A stretch of 64,000 bases of DNA from Rhizomicrobium sp. (GTDB lineage: Bacteria > Pseudomonadota > Alphaproteobacteria > Micropepsales > Micropepsaceae), in the NCBI GenBank assembly GCA_035547015.1, contig DASZVO010000017.1:267638-331637 (forward strand), given 5' to 3'. The notes beneath the pieces are model-generated. The model ran no database searches. It saw only the letters and a program-made list of their open reading frames with translations, and had not been told where the DNA came from. A program made the position numbers and the translations under genes. Positions 55,958 through 64,000 of this stretch are shown here, piece after piece (the stretch's first letter is position 1; every line of letters starts with the position of its first letter).

Positions 55958-57304
55958 TCAGCGCAACAGGGTTTCGGGAAGGCCGGTGTTTCCGCTTTTC
56001 ATCCGCGCGACCTCCTCCGCCAGGACCGTGACGGCCTCGCCGATTTCTGCGGCCGTGTGCTCGCTGGAAAGGAAAAACCGTAACCTGGCGCCCTGTTCCG
56101 GCACCGCCGGATACAGGATCGGCTTCACGTTGATTCCGCGCGCGAAAAGGATTTCCGACAGCCGGGCCGCCGCCACCGAACTGCCAATGATCACCGGCAC
56201 GATACCGAAGCCCTGGGACAGTCCGGTATCCAGGCCCGCTTCCTTCGCGCGCGCCAGGAACAGCGCCGCATTGGCATTCAGGCGGGCCACGCGCTCCGGT
56301 TCTTCTCTCAGCACATCCAGCGAAGCGGCACAGGCGGCCGCGATGGGGGGCGGCATGCCGACGGAATAGACGAACCCCGGCGCGGCGTACCGCAGATATT
56401 CCGCTCCCCTGCGGCTGCAGGCGATATAGCCGCCGCAACCGGCAAGGGCCTTGCTCAGCGTACCCATCCAGAAGTCCACAAGAGCGCCGTCAACGCCGAA
56501 GTGCTCGGCGATGCCTCGGCCATGCCGGCCAAGGACGCCCACCGAGTGCGCCTCGTCCACCAGCAGCCATGCCTTGTGCCGGCGCGCGATTTCGGCGAAG
56601 GCCGGCAGGTCCGGGACATCCCCGTCCATGCTGTAATGGCCTTCGATCGCGATAAGCGCCTGGCGGCATTGCCCGCGATGCTGGGCGAGCAGCCTTTCTG
56701 CCGCTGCAACGTCATTGTGCGGAAAACTAAGCCGCCGCGCTCCGGAAAGCTGCGCGCCCTGCTGGATGCTGTTGTGGCTGAGTGCGTCATAGAGAATCAG
56801 ATCGGGCCGGCCCAGCAGGCAGCCCAGCACCGTCACGTTGGTCGCATGTCCGCTGACGAAGCTGATGCAGTCCTCGGTTCCGTGCAGCTCCGCCAGACTG
56901 CGCTCCAGCGCGACATGGACGGATCGTTCGCCCGTGAGCAGCCGGCTCGCGGAGGCCGAAGTGCCATGGTCGTCGATCGCCTGTTTCGCCGCCGCGCTTA
57001 CGCGGGGGTGCCCGTTCAGGCCCAGATAGTTGTAGGAAGCGAAATTCAGGTAGCGCCGGCCATCCCGCACGATCCCCGCGCCGCCGACGCCTTCGTGGAC
57101 GCGATAGAAGGGATTGGCGATCCCCAGGCTTTCGGAGGCCATGCGGATCATTTCGAACTGACGCCAGTACTCCAGATCCTGGAAAGGGTCCTGATTCGGC
57201 GTGGGACCGATCGGCTCCTGCGCCTTGCCGCTGTCCCTGAAGCGCTCGATGAGGCGCTGGCGCTCGACGTTTGACAGCCCGAAGGTTCTGCTCTCGCCGG
57301 TCAT
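55958..57304 (-). CDS. wcbT: PLP-dependent alpha-oxoamine synthase (AONS class II; WcbT/RkpG-like)
   Basis: 'NFASYNYLGL', 'HNSI', 'YSMDGD', 'DEAHS', and 'GTLSK'; ATGA-coupled to the PKS. Confidence 0.9.
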   Translation of the reverse strand: MTGESRTFGLSNVERQRLIERFRDSGKAQEPIGPTPNQDPFQDLEYWRQFEMIRMASESLGIANPFYRVHEGVGGAGIVRDGRRYLNFASYNYLGLNGHPRVSAAAKQAIDDHGTSASASRLLTGERSVHVALERSLAELHGTEDCISFVSGHATNVTVLGCLLGRPDLILYDALSHNSIQQGAQLSGARRLSFPHNDVAAAERLLAQHRGQCRQALIAIEGHYSMDGDVPDLPAFAEIARRHKAWLLVDEAHSVGVLGRHGRGIAEHFGVDGALVDFWMGTLSKALAGCGGYIACSRRGAEYLRYAAPGFVYSVGMPPPIAAACAASLDVLREEPERVARLNANAALFLARAKEAGLDTGLSQGFGIVPVIIGSSVAAARLSEILFARGINVKPILYPAVPEQGARLRFFLSSEHTAAEIGEAVTVLAEEVARMKSGNTGLPETLLR

Positions 57305-60300
57305 TCCGCCGCTTCCACCAATTCCACGGCGGAAGCCGCGGCGGGTTCGTAACGCGCCGCCATGACCGCCATCTCGGTCGCGACATGATCGGCACCCATC
57401 TGCCGTTCCAGTCTTGCCGCGATCATGGACAGAGAGGTCTGTGGGGACAGGGCGAACATCGGCAGATTGATGCCGATGCGCTGTTCCAGCGCCAGGCGCA
57501 ATTCCACCGCCATCAGCGAGTCCATGCCGAGTTCCGACACCGGACGGTGCGGGTCCAGCGTCTCGGCCGCTTGCGAAAGAATGCGCCCGATCTCGTCCTT
57601 CAACACCATCAGCAGCAGGTCCCTGCGCTCCTCCGGCGGAAGGGTCATCAGCCGATCGCGCAGCTCGCTTTCGCCGATCTCGGCGCGGTCGCCCAGCAAT
57701 TCGCGGAATGTCGTTGCGTCCAGCACCGGCAGCATGCGCTGTGCCGTGTCCCAGCGTACCGCAGCAAAGGCAACAGACAGCTCACCGCCCGCCATCAGTT
57801 CGGGCAGCGCATCCAGCGCATGGATGGCCCGCATCGGTTCCGCGGCGAGGCGGCGCGCGAGCGTCTCGCGCATCTCCACGTTGCGCGCGAGGAAGCCCGC
57901 ATCGGCGATCGGCCCCCAGCCCACCACAAAGGCCGGCAGTCCTTCCGCGCGCCGCCGGCGTGCCAGGCCCTCCAGGGCGAAATTCGCGGCGACATAATTG
58001 CCCTGCCCGGGCGCGCCCAACACAGTCGTTGCGGACGCATAAAGCAGAAACAGCTCAACCGGATCCGCGCGTGTCAACCGGTCGAGATTGAGGGCGCCGC
58101 CCAGCTTGGGCGAAAGAACGCGCGCGTTCTTCTCCGCATCCAGATCGGCCAGAAGACCATCTTGCAGTGTCATGGCGGCGTGCACCACGCCGCGCAGAGG
58201 TGGCATGTCGCGGCGGAGTTGCTCCAGCGCGGCTTCCAGCGCGGCGGCGTCGGTGATGTCCACGGCGAATGCGCGCGCGTCCACACCTTCCGCCCCAAGC
58301 CGCGCCAGGGCCTCCGCCGCCCCAGGCATATCGAGACCGCGCCGCCCCAGGAGCGCGAGAGAGCGGGCGCCTTTCTTCGCCAGCCATTCCGCCGTCGCCA
58401 GGCCGAAACCGCCCAGACCGCCCGTGATCAGATACGTGCCGTCTTCGCGGATCACGAAGGCCGGGACAGCCGGGGCTGCGCCGGCCGGCTTGCGGGCATC
58501 TTCCATGGACAGGATGATCTTGCCGATATGGCCGGCCGCCTGCATCAGGCGGAATGCCTCGCCCACCTCGCTGCGCTGGAACAGACGGTACGGCAGCGGC
58601 CTCAGCACGCCCTGGCCTGTCAGCGTCATGAGTTCTTCCATCAGCGCGGACGCCAGCGCGGGGCGTTCCAGGGGCAATGCATCCACGTCCACCGCGAAAT
58701 AAGACACGTTGCGGCGCAAAGGTCTCAGCCCCACGCGCGTACCGGTGAAGAAGTCGCGTTTGCCCAGTTCCAGGAAACGGCCAAAAGGGCGCACCAGGCC
58801 CAGGCTCTGTTCCATCGCCTCGCCGCTCAGCGAATTGAGCACGACATCCACGCCCGCGCCGCCGGTCAGCGCGCGCACGCCGTCCGCGAAGGACAGGCTG
58901 CGCGAATCCAGCACATGGTCGGCGCCCATCTGCTTCACGAAGGCCCGCTTGGCGGGCGAACCCGCGGTGGCGATCACGGTCGCACCCCTGTATTTGGCGT
59001 ACTGGATCGCTGCGATGCCGACCCCGCCTGCCCCGCCATGGATCAGTACCGTCTCGCCGGGCCTGAGATCGGCGAGGTGCCCCAGCGCATAGAGCACGGT
59101 TATGAAGGCCACGGGCAATGTCGCGGCGGCGCAGAAGTCGAGACCATCCGGCAGCGTAGCAACCGTATGGCGCGCCGCGATCGCCTCGCTGGCGAAGCAG
59201 GCCGGCGCAGTGGCCAGCACGCGGTCGCCGGCCTTGATATCGGTCACGCCATCTCCGACGGCGGTCACCACACCGGCGCAGGCCAGGCCAAGCGTCGGCC
59301 CGCCATAGCCGTCCAGCAGGGCTTCCTCGGGCAGAAGGTCCAGCGACCACATCACATCGCGGAAATTGACGTCCACGGCCCGCACATCGATCGCCACCTC
59401 ACCGGGCGCGGGCTTGCGCCGTTCCTGGGGCACCCACGCGACACTGTCGAGGCGGCCCGGCGTGGCCACGGCCAGCTTCACCGGACCAAGCGCCACTGCC
59501 GCCGCGCCGGTGCCGCGCCGGAGCCGCATCACATGACGCCCTTCAGGCAGGAGCACGATCTCGGTCTCATTGTCGCGATGCATGAGCTCGCGCAGCAAAG
59601 CTTCCGCGGCAGCCCTGGGCGCCAGCCCGTCATGCAGATCGACCAGCCGGCATTCCAGTTGCGGCATCTCGTTTGCGATGGTGCGGCCCAGACCCCACAG
59701 CGCCGCATCCTCGGCAATCTGGCCGGAAAGCTGCTGCGCGCCTTCGGTCACGATCCACAGCCGCGCGCGCGCCGGCACCGCGGCAATGGTGCGCGCGGTG
59801 TCGAGAACTTCCATCAACCGGGCATTCGTGGCCGCCACCGGGTCGTCGGCGCCCGCCGAAGGCAGCACGACAATATCGGAAACATCCGGTGAATCCCGCA
59901 GCGCATCGCCTGCCCCGATGCCCGGCAAGGCAATCTGTGCGACGGCGGTCCCGGCAGCCTTGAGAATCTCGGCCAGCGCGGCGGCTCGCGAATCATCGGG
60001 CATGGCCACGATCACCGCTGCGGGGGGCGGATCTCCGGTCGCCGCACTTTCATCCGCACGCCGGGCGGCAATTAGGTTCACCGGCCAGGCGAAACCATCC
60101 AGCATGCGATCGCATGGCGCAACGAACCCCGCGCAGGCCAGATCGGCCTGCCAATCCGCGGCGCAGCGCAGCCGCGATACGGGGAATTCCGAAGCAACCC
60201 CGCCTTGCCACCAGCCTTCCTGCTGGCCAAAGATCCAATCCCATAACGGACCCGGTTCCGGTTCCGCCGCGAAGAGCAGACCATTGGTGGCGAGCGCGCG

Positions 60301-63300
60301 GCGCACATGGCCCATGCGAGTCTCGTCCACGCCACCTAACGTGAATCCGTACACCGAAAGCACGATGTCGAACCGTTCCGGCAGTTCGCCCGATCCATCC
60401 CAGGTGATCGCATCGGCGCCCGGGATGCCCTTGAACTGCGCCGCCAGCCGGGCGGTGCGCGATGCATCCCCATCGGCGGCGACATAGCGCACCGTGCCGT
60501 GCCAACCAGACAGGGCATCGAGCAACTGCCGCGCGAGAATGCCCGGACCGGCCCCTATCTCGAGAATCCGCAAAGGCCGCCCCCTGGGCCAGCCGTCCGC
60601 ATGCCGCAGCACGGCGTGGTGCATCGCATCCAGGACGCGCCGGCCATCGGGCGAAGCATAGAGAAACTGTTCGAGCAGCGCCGGCGCCGGACCCGCAGCC
60701 CGCCCCCAGCGCAGGAACGCGGGCAGCGTTTCGAAAGCCCCTGCAGCCAGCGCCAGTTCGCCACCCAGGGCCGGTGCATCTGCAAGGATGGTCCGCCAGA
60801 TCAGCGAGGGTTCAGGCATGTCGCTTTCGGCAAGCAGCCGCCATTGCCACCGGTCTTCCTCTGCCGCGCCATGCCGCGCCAGAAGTCGCAGAAGCGTCAC
60901 CAGAAGGGGAACGGCATCGGCGGCAATCGTGCCCTGCCGGACCATTTCCCTGATCTCGAAGGGCGTATCAACAGGAACGGCCTCGAGCAGCGCATGGCGA
61001 GCCGCCGAGGCCACATAGGCTTCCAGCAGCAGCGCGGAATCACCGCCGCCTGCCGGCTTCTCCGCATCCAGAAGAACTGCCGGCTCCAGCTCCGGTGCGT
61101 CGTCGCAGCCCGGCAACGGCTTGGCCGCCAGCGCGAAATGGAAGGCCTGATCGGCCACGCCACGGCTGCGCGTCAGCCGGACCTTGCGGAACCAGCAGGC
61201 ACCGATCTCGGCAACGGCGCGGCCGGCCGCATCATGGTAGACAAGTGCGCCACAGGCCGAACGGCCGCCGCGGCGGGTGACGGAAAGCCGCACACTGCGC
61301 GGCACCCGTCCAAATGGGGCGAACACCTTCACCCCGGTCATGCGCCAGGGCAGAAGCGTGAATTCGCCGTCGGCATCCGACATGGCCAGGAAGGCCTGCA
61401 GCCCGCCGTCCATCAACGGCGGCGGCAGGATATAATCGGCCACGCCGTCGCTTCCGCGCGGCTCCAGCAACGCGAACGCATTGTCCCGATCGAATATCTC
61501 GACCCGCGAGACGCTGCGGAATTGCGGTCCATAGGTCAGACCGACATTCTCCGCATGCGCATAGAGCACATCTGCATCCATGACATCTTGCGCCGCCGGC
61601 AGGGATTGCGCCTCTGGCGCTTCCACGCTGGTATCGGGCGCCGGCCGCGCAACCGCATGGAGCGTCCAGTCCTCGTCGGCCAGCCGTGGACGGCTTTCGA
61701 TCATGACGGCGCCGCTTGCGTCCTGGCGCACCCGCATGGTGCGGGCGCGCCCTTCTTCCAAGGCCAGCGCCTGGCGGATTTCCAGTTCGTCCACCGCCAG
61801 TAGGGCAGCTTCCGGGTTGGCGACACGCATCGCCGCCACGACCAGTTCCAGCATGGCTGCGGCCGGAAGCACCGACATGCCTTCGACGGCATGATCGGCA
61901 AGCCATGGTTGCAACGCCAGGTCCAGCGTCTGGAGCCATGTCCCCTCCGGCGCATCCCGGCGAAAGCCAAGCAGGGGGTGGTCCTGCCGCGGATGGGCGA
62001 TGGACACGGCGTCGGGTGTGACGGGAAACCAATGATCCTCCCGCTGCCAGGGATAACGCGGCAAACCCGCAACATCGGCTGGTCCATCGAACACGGCCAG
62101 TGCCGAGGGATCGTGGCCGGCGACGTAACAGCCGGCGGCGATCGCTTCGAAAGGATCGTTTCCGGCAGGCTGGCGCGTCAGCGTCGCCAGGACCCGCCCA
62201 TCGGCATCGGCGGCGCGCAGGGCGTCGCGCAGATAGGACTGCAGGATCGGGCTGGGGCCGATCTCGACCAGGATCCGGATGCCGCGGCCGGTGATCGCCG
62301 CCGCTGCCTGGCGGAACAGGACGGGATGACGGACGTTGCGCCACCAGTAGTGCGCATCGAGATCCAGACCGCAGGCCGTCTCGCCGGTCACGGTGGACAC
62401 AAAGCGTTCGCCGCAATCGTGGGCGTCTATCGCGCCCAATTCATCCAGCAGGTCGGCCTCAATGGGATCGAGCAGCGAGGAATGAAAGGCATAATCCAGG
62501 TCAAGACCGATATGACGCCATCCCCTGTCCGCGGCCTGCGCCTTGAGCCGCGCCATCGCCTCGTGCGATCCGGCCACGGTGATGTTTGTGCGGCTGTTCC
62601 AGGCGGCAACCTCAATGCCGTCCAGATCGGGAACCGCGCCTTCATCCAGCGACAGGGCCGCCATGCCGCCCAACCCCTGTGTGCGCTGCTGCTGGCGGCT
62701 GCGGGCCACAACGACGCGACAGGCGGTTTCGAGCGGCAAGGCGCCGGCGGCCCAGGCCGCCGCGATCTCGCCAACGCTATGGCCGAACGTCACTTCAGGT
62801 TCGATGCCGCGCGCGCGCAAGGCTTGCGTTATCGCGACCTGCACCGCGAACAGCAGCGGCTGCGCCACATCGGTACGCTGCAGCGTCGCGGCGTCACTGT
62901 CCAGCAGACGATCCCGCACCGACCAGCCCAGAAGCGGAGCCATGCATTCATCCAGGGCGGTCAGGCCGGCGCGGAAGGCTTCGCTGTGTTCCCAGGCATC
63001 GCGGGCCATTCCGGCAAACTGCGCACCGTTGCCGGAATAGGCGAAGGCGAGACGCCCGGCGGATACCGCCTGCCCGCGCACAAATTCCGCCGGATCGGCC
63101 AGCGCGCCGGCCATTGCCCCGGGGCTGGAAGCCACGCCATAAAGCCGGTGGCGATGGTGATCGCGGCGGCGCGCCTGGGCCCGCAGCAGTGGTACGGCCT
63201 GTTCCGGCGTCATGGCGGCGAGACGCTGCGCCCACGCCTGTGCCAGTTCGTTCAGCGCGCCCTGCGACCGCGCCGACAGAAGAAGCGGCGGCATGTCCGT

Positions 63301-64000
63301 GTTTGCGGCTTCAGGGTCAGAGGTCCTGGTGGGCGCTGACGACAGGACGACATGCGCGTTGGTGCCGCCGAAGCCGAAGGAATTGACGCCTGCGATCAAT
63401 TCGCCCTGCGGCAGGGTCCGCGCCCGGGCGGCGATTTCGACATTGAGTTCGTCGAACGGAATGTGGGGGCTGGGCGTCTCGAAGTGGATGGAAGGCGGCA
63501 GCAGGCGGCGCTCGAAAGCAAGGATGGTCTTGATCAGTCCGGCCATGCCCGAGGCGGTCTCAAGATGGCCGATATTGCTTTTGACCGAGCCGACCGGCAG
63601 CGGCGATGTGCGCCTTGCGGCCAGTACCTTTCCCAGCGCCATCAGTTCGATGGGATCGCCGGCGGGCGTTCCGGTGCCATGCGCCTCGATGAAGGCAAGA
63701 CGTTCGGGCGAGATGCCCGCCTTGTCGTAGATTTTCCGCAGCAGCGCCGACTGGGAGGCCTCGCTGGGCAGCGAAAGGCCCATCGTGTGCCCGTCGGAAT
63801 TGACGCCCGTGCCGCGAATGACGGCCCGAACGGGATCGCCATCGGCAATCGCCGCCTTCAACGGCTTGAGGATCACGACCCCGGCGCCTTCGCCGCGGAC
63901 ATAGCCATCGGCACGCGCGTCGAACGCATGGCAGCGGCCTTTGGGCGACAGCATCGAAGCCTGACAGAAACCGATGAAGGGATAGGGCGACAGGAGCAGA
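57301..64000 (-). CDS. wcbR: Type I reducing polyketide synthase KS-AT-DH-(MT-like)-ER-KR-ACP (WcbR/RkpA-like); 5' end outside window
   Basis: KS 'EAHGTGT' and 'KSNIGHLE'; AT 'GHSVG' and 'YAFHS'; DH 'HAVEGMSVLP'; 'LEIGAGPG'; ER 'LIHGGAGGVG'; KR 'GGLGGFG' and 'GQGNYVAAN'; ACP 'LGMDSL'. The frame stays open to the window edge. Confidence 0.95.
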   Translation of the reverse strand, partial: LLLSPYPFIGFCQASMLSPKGRCHAFDARADGYVRGEGAGVVILKPLKAAIADGDPVRAVIRGTGVNSDGHTMGLSLPSEASQSALLRKIYDKAGISPERLAFIEAHGTGTPAGDPIELMALGKVLAARRTSPLPVGSVKSNIGHLETASGMAGLIKTILAFERRLLPPSIHFETPSPHIPFDELNVEIAARARTLPQGELIAGVNSFGFGGTNAHVVLSSAPTRTSDPEAANTDMPPLLLSARSQGALNELAQAWAQRLAAMTPEQAVPLLRAQARRRDHHRHRLYGVASSPGAMAGALADPAEFVRGQAVSAGRLAFAYSGNGAQFAGMARDAWEHSEAFRAGLTALDECMAPLLGWSVRDRLLDSDAATLQRTDVAQPLLFAVQVAITQALRARGIEPEVTFGHSVGEIAAAWAAGALPLETACRVVVARSRQQQRTQGLGGMAALSLDEGAVPDLDGIEVAAWNSRTNITVAGSHEAMARLKAQAADRGWRHIGLDLDYAFHSSLLDPIEADLLDELGAIDAHDCGERFVSTVTGETACGLDLDAHYWWRNVRHPVLFRQAAAAITGRGIRILVEIGPSPILQSYLRDALRAADADGRVLATLTRQPAGNDPFEAIAAGCYVAGHDPSALAVFDGPADVAGLPRYPWQREDHWFPVTPDAVSIAHPRQDHPLLGFRRDAPEGTWLQTLDLALQPWLADHAVEGMSVLPAAAMLELVVAAMRVANPEAALLAVDELEIRQALALEEGRARTMRVRQDASGAVMIESRPRLADEDWTLHAVARPAPDTSVEAPEAQSLPAAQDVMDADVLYAHAENVGLTYGPQFRSVSRVEIFDRDNAFALLEPRGSDGVADYILPPPLMDGGLQAFLAMSDADGEFTLLPWRMTGVKVFAPFGRVPRSVRLSVTRRGGRSACGALVYHDAAGRAVAEIGACWFRKVRLTRSRGVADQAFHFALAAKPLPGCDDAPELEPAVLLDAEKPAGGGDSALLLEAYVASAARHALLEAVPVDTPFEIREMVRQGTIAADAVPLLVTLLRLLARHGAAEEDRWQWRLLAESDMPEPSLIWRTILADAPALGGELALAAGAFETLPAFLRWGRAAGPAPALLEQFLYASPDGRRVLDAMHHAVLRHADGWPRGRPLRILEIGAGPGILARQLLDALSGWHGTVRYVAADGDASRTARLAAQFKGIPGADAITWDGSGELPERFDIVLSVYGFTLGGVDETRMGHVRRALATNGLLFAAEPEPGPLWDWIFGQQEGWWQGGVASEFPVSRLRCAADWQADLACAGFVAPCDRMLDGFAWPVNLIAARRADESAATGDPPPAAVIVAMPDDSRAAALAEILKAAGTAVAQIALPGIGAGDALRDSPDVSDIVVLPSAGADDPVAATNARLMEVLDTARTIAAVPARARLWIVTEGAQQLSGQIAEDAALWGLGRTIANEMPQLECRLVDLHDGLAPRAAAEALLRELMHRDNETEIVLLPEGRHVMRLRRGTGAAAVALGPVKLAVATPGRLDSVAWVPQERRKPAPGEVAIDVRAVDVNFRDVMWSLDLLPEEALLDGYGGPTLGLACAGVVTAVGDGVTDIKAGDRVLATAPACFASEAIAARHTVATLPDGLDFCAAATLPVAFITVLYALGHLADLRPGETVLIHGGAGGVGIAAIQYAKYRGATVIATAGSPAKRAFVKQMGADHVLDSRSLSFADGVRALTGGAGVDVVLNSLSGEAMEQSLGLVRPFGRFLELGKRDFFTGTRVGLRPLRRNVSYFAVDVDALPLERPALASALMEELMTLTGQGVLRPLPYRLFQRSEVGEAFRLMQAAGHIGKIILSMEDARKPAGAAPAVPAFVIREDGTYLITGGLGGFGLATAEWLAKKGARSLALLGRRGLDMPGAAEALARLGAEGVDARAFAVDITDAAALEAALEQLRRDMPPLRGVVHAAMTLQDGLLADLDAEKNARVLSPKLGGALNLDRLTRADPVELFLLYASATTVLGAPGQGNYVAANFALEGLARRRRAEGLPAFVVGWGPIADAGFLARNVEMRETLARRLAAEPMRAIHALDALPELMAGGELSVAFAAVRWDTAQRMLPVLDATTFRELLGDRAEIGESELRDRLMTLPPEERRDLLLMVLKDEIGRILSQAAETLDPHRPVSELGMDSLMAVELRLALEQRIGINLPMFALSPQTSLSMIAARLERQMGADHVATEMAVMAARYEPAAASAVELVEAAE

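Noticed and set aside
55958-57304. Annotation as biotin synthesis bioF
   Set aside because: There are no other bio genes; it is coupled to a PKS in a capsule locus and has the N-terminal extension of WcbT/RkpG-type proteins.
1-64000. CRISPR arrays, IS elements, integrases, prophage genes, rRNA or tRNA
   Set aside because: I read all intergenic gaps and found no regularly spaced repeats, terminal inverted repeats, transposase or integrase motifs, or RNA-gene signatures other than rnpB.

Overview
GC-rich alphaproteobacterial chromosome segment; the lineage is inferred from gene content and protein style only (Caulobacterales/Micropepsales-like). Left half (1-32.5 kb) is mostly housekeeping and nutrient genes. 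It holds an RNase P RNA, a peptidoglycan amidase operon led by a His-rich microprotein and an RHH regulator, djlA, and the sahR-metF-metH methionine operon with a clear palindromic operator. It also holds mlaA/mlaC, ettA, an orphan outer-membrane beta-barrel, an HWE kinase with a receiver protein, egtB-egtD, a Kef-type antiporter, araD1, a run of poorly characterised exported proteins, and a divergent TonB receptor/phosphodiesterase pair with Pho-box-like sites. Right half (32.5-64 kb, running off the end) is a large ABC-exported capsule locus of the Burkholderia wcb / Sinorhizobium rkp type (KpsD/E/M/T, KpsS, type I PKS, oxoamine synthase, SDR, LTA-synthase-like protein, WcbI). It carries unusual additions: a fatty acyl-AMP ligase with a free ACP, three sulfotransferase-like proteins, a beta-sandwich-like motif repeated five times in four genes, a GT9 with hldD, a repeat protein and a secreted beta-helix protein. 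I saw no CRISPR array, tRNA, rRNA or transposase. All family calls come from reading motifs by eye; no database searches were run.
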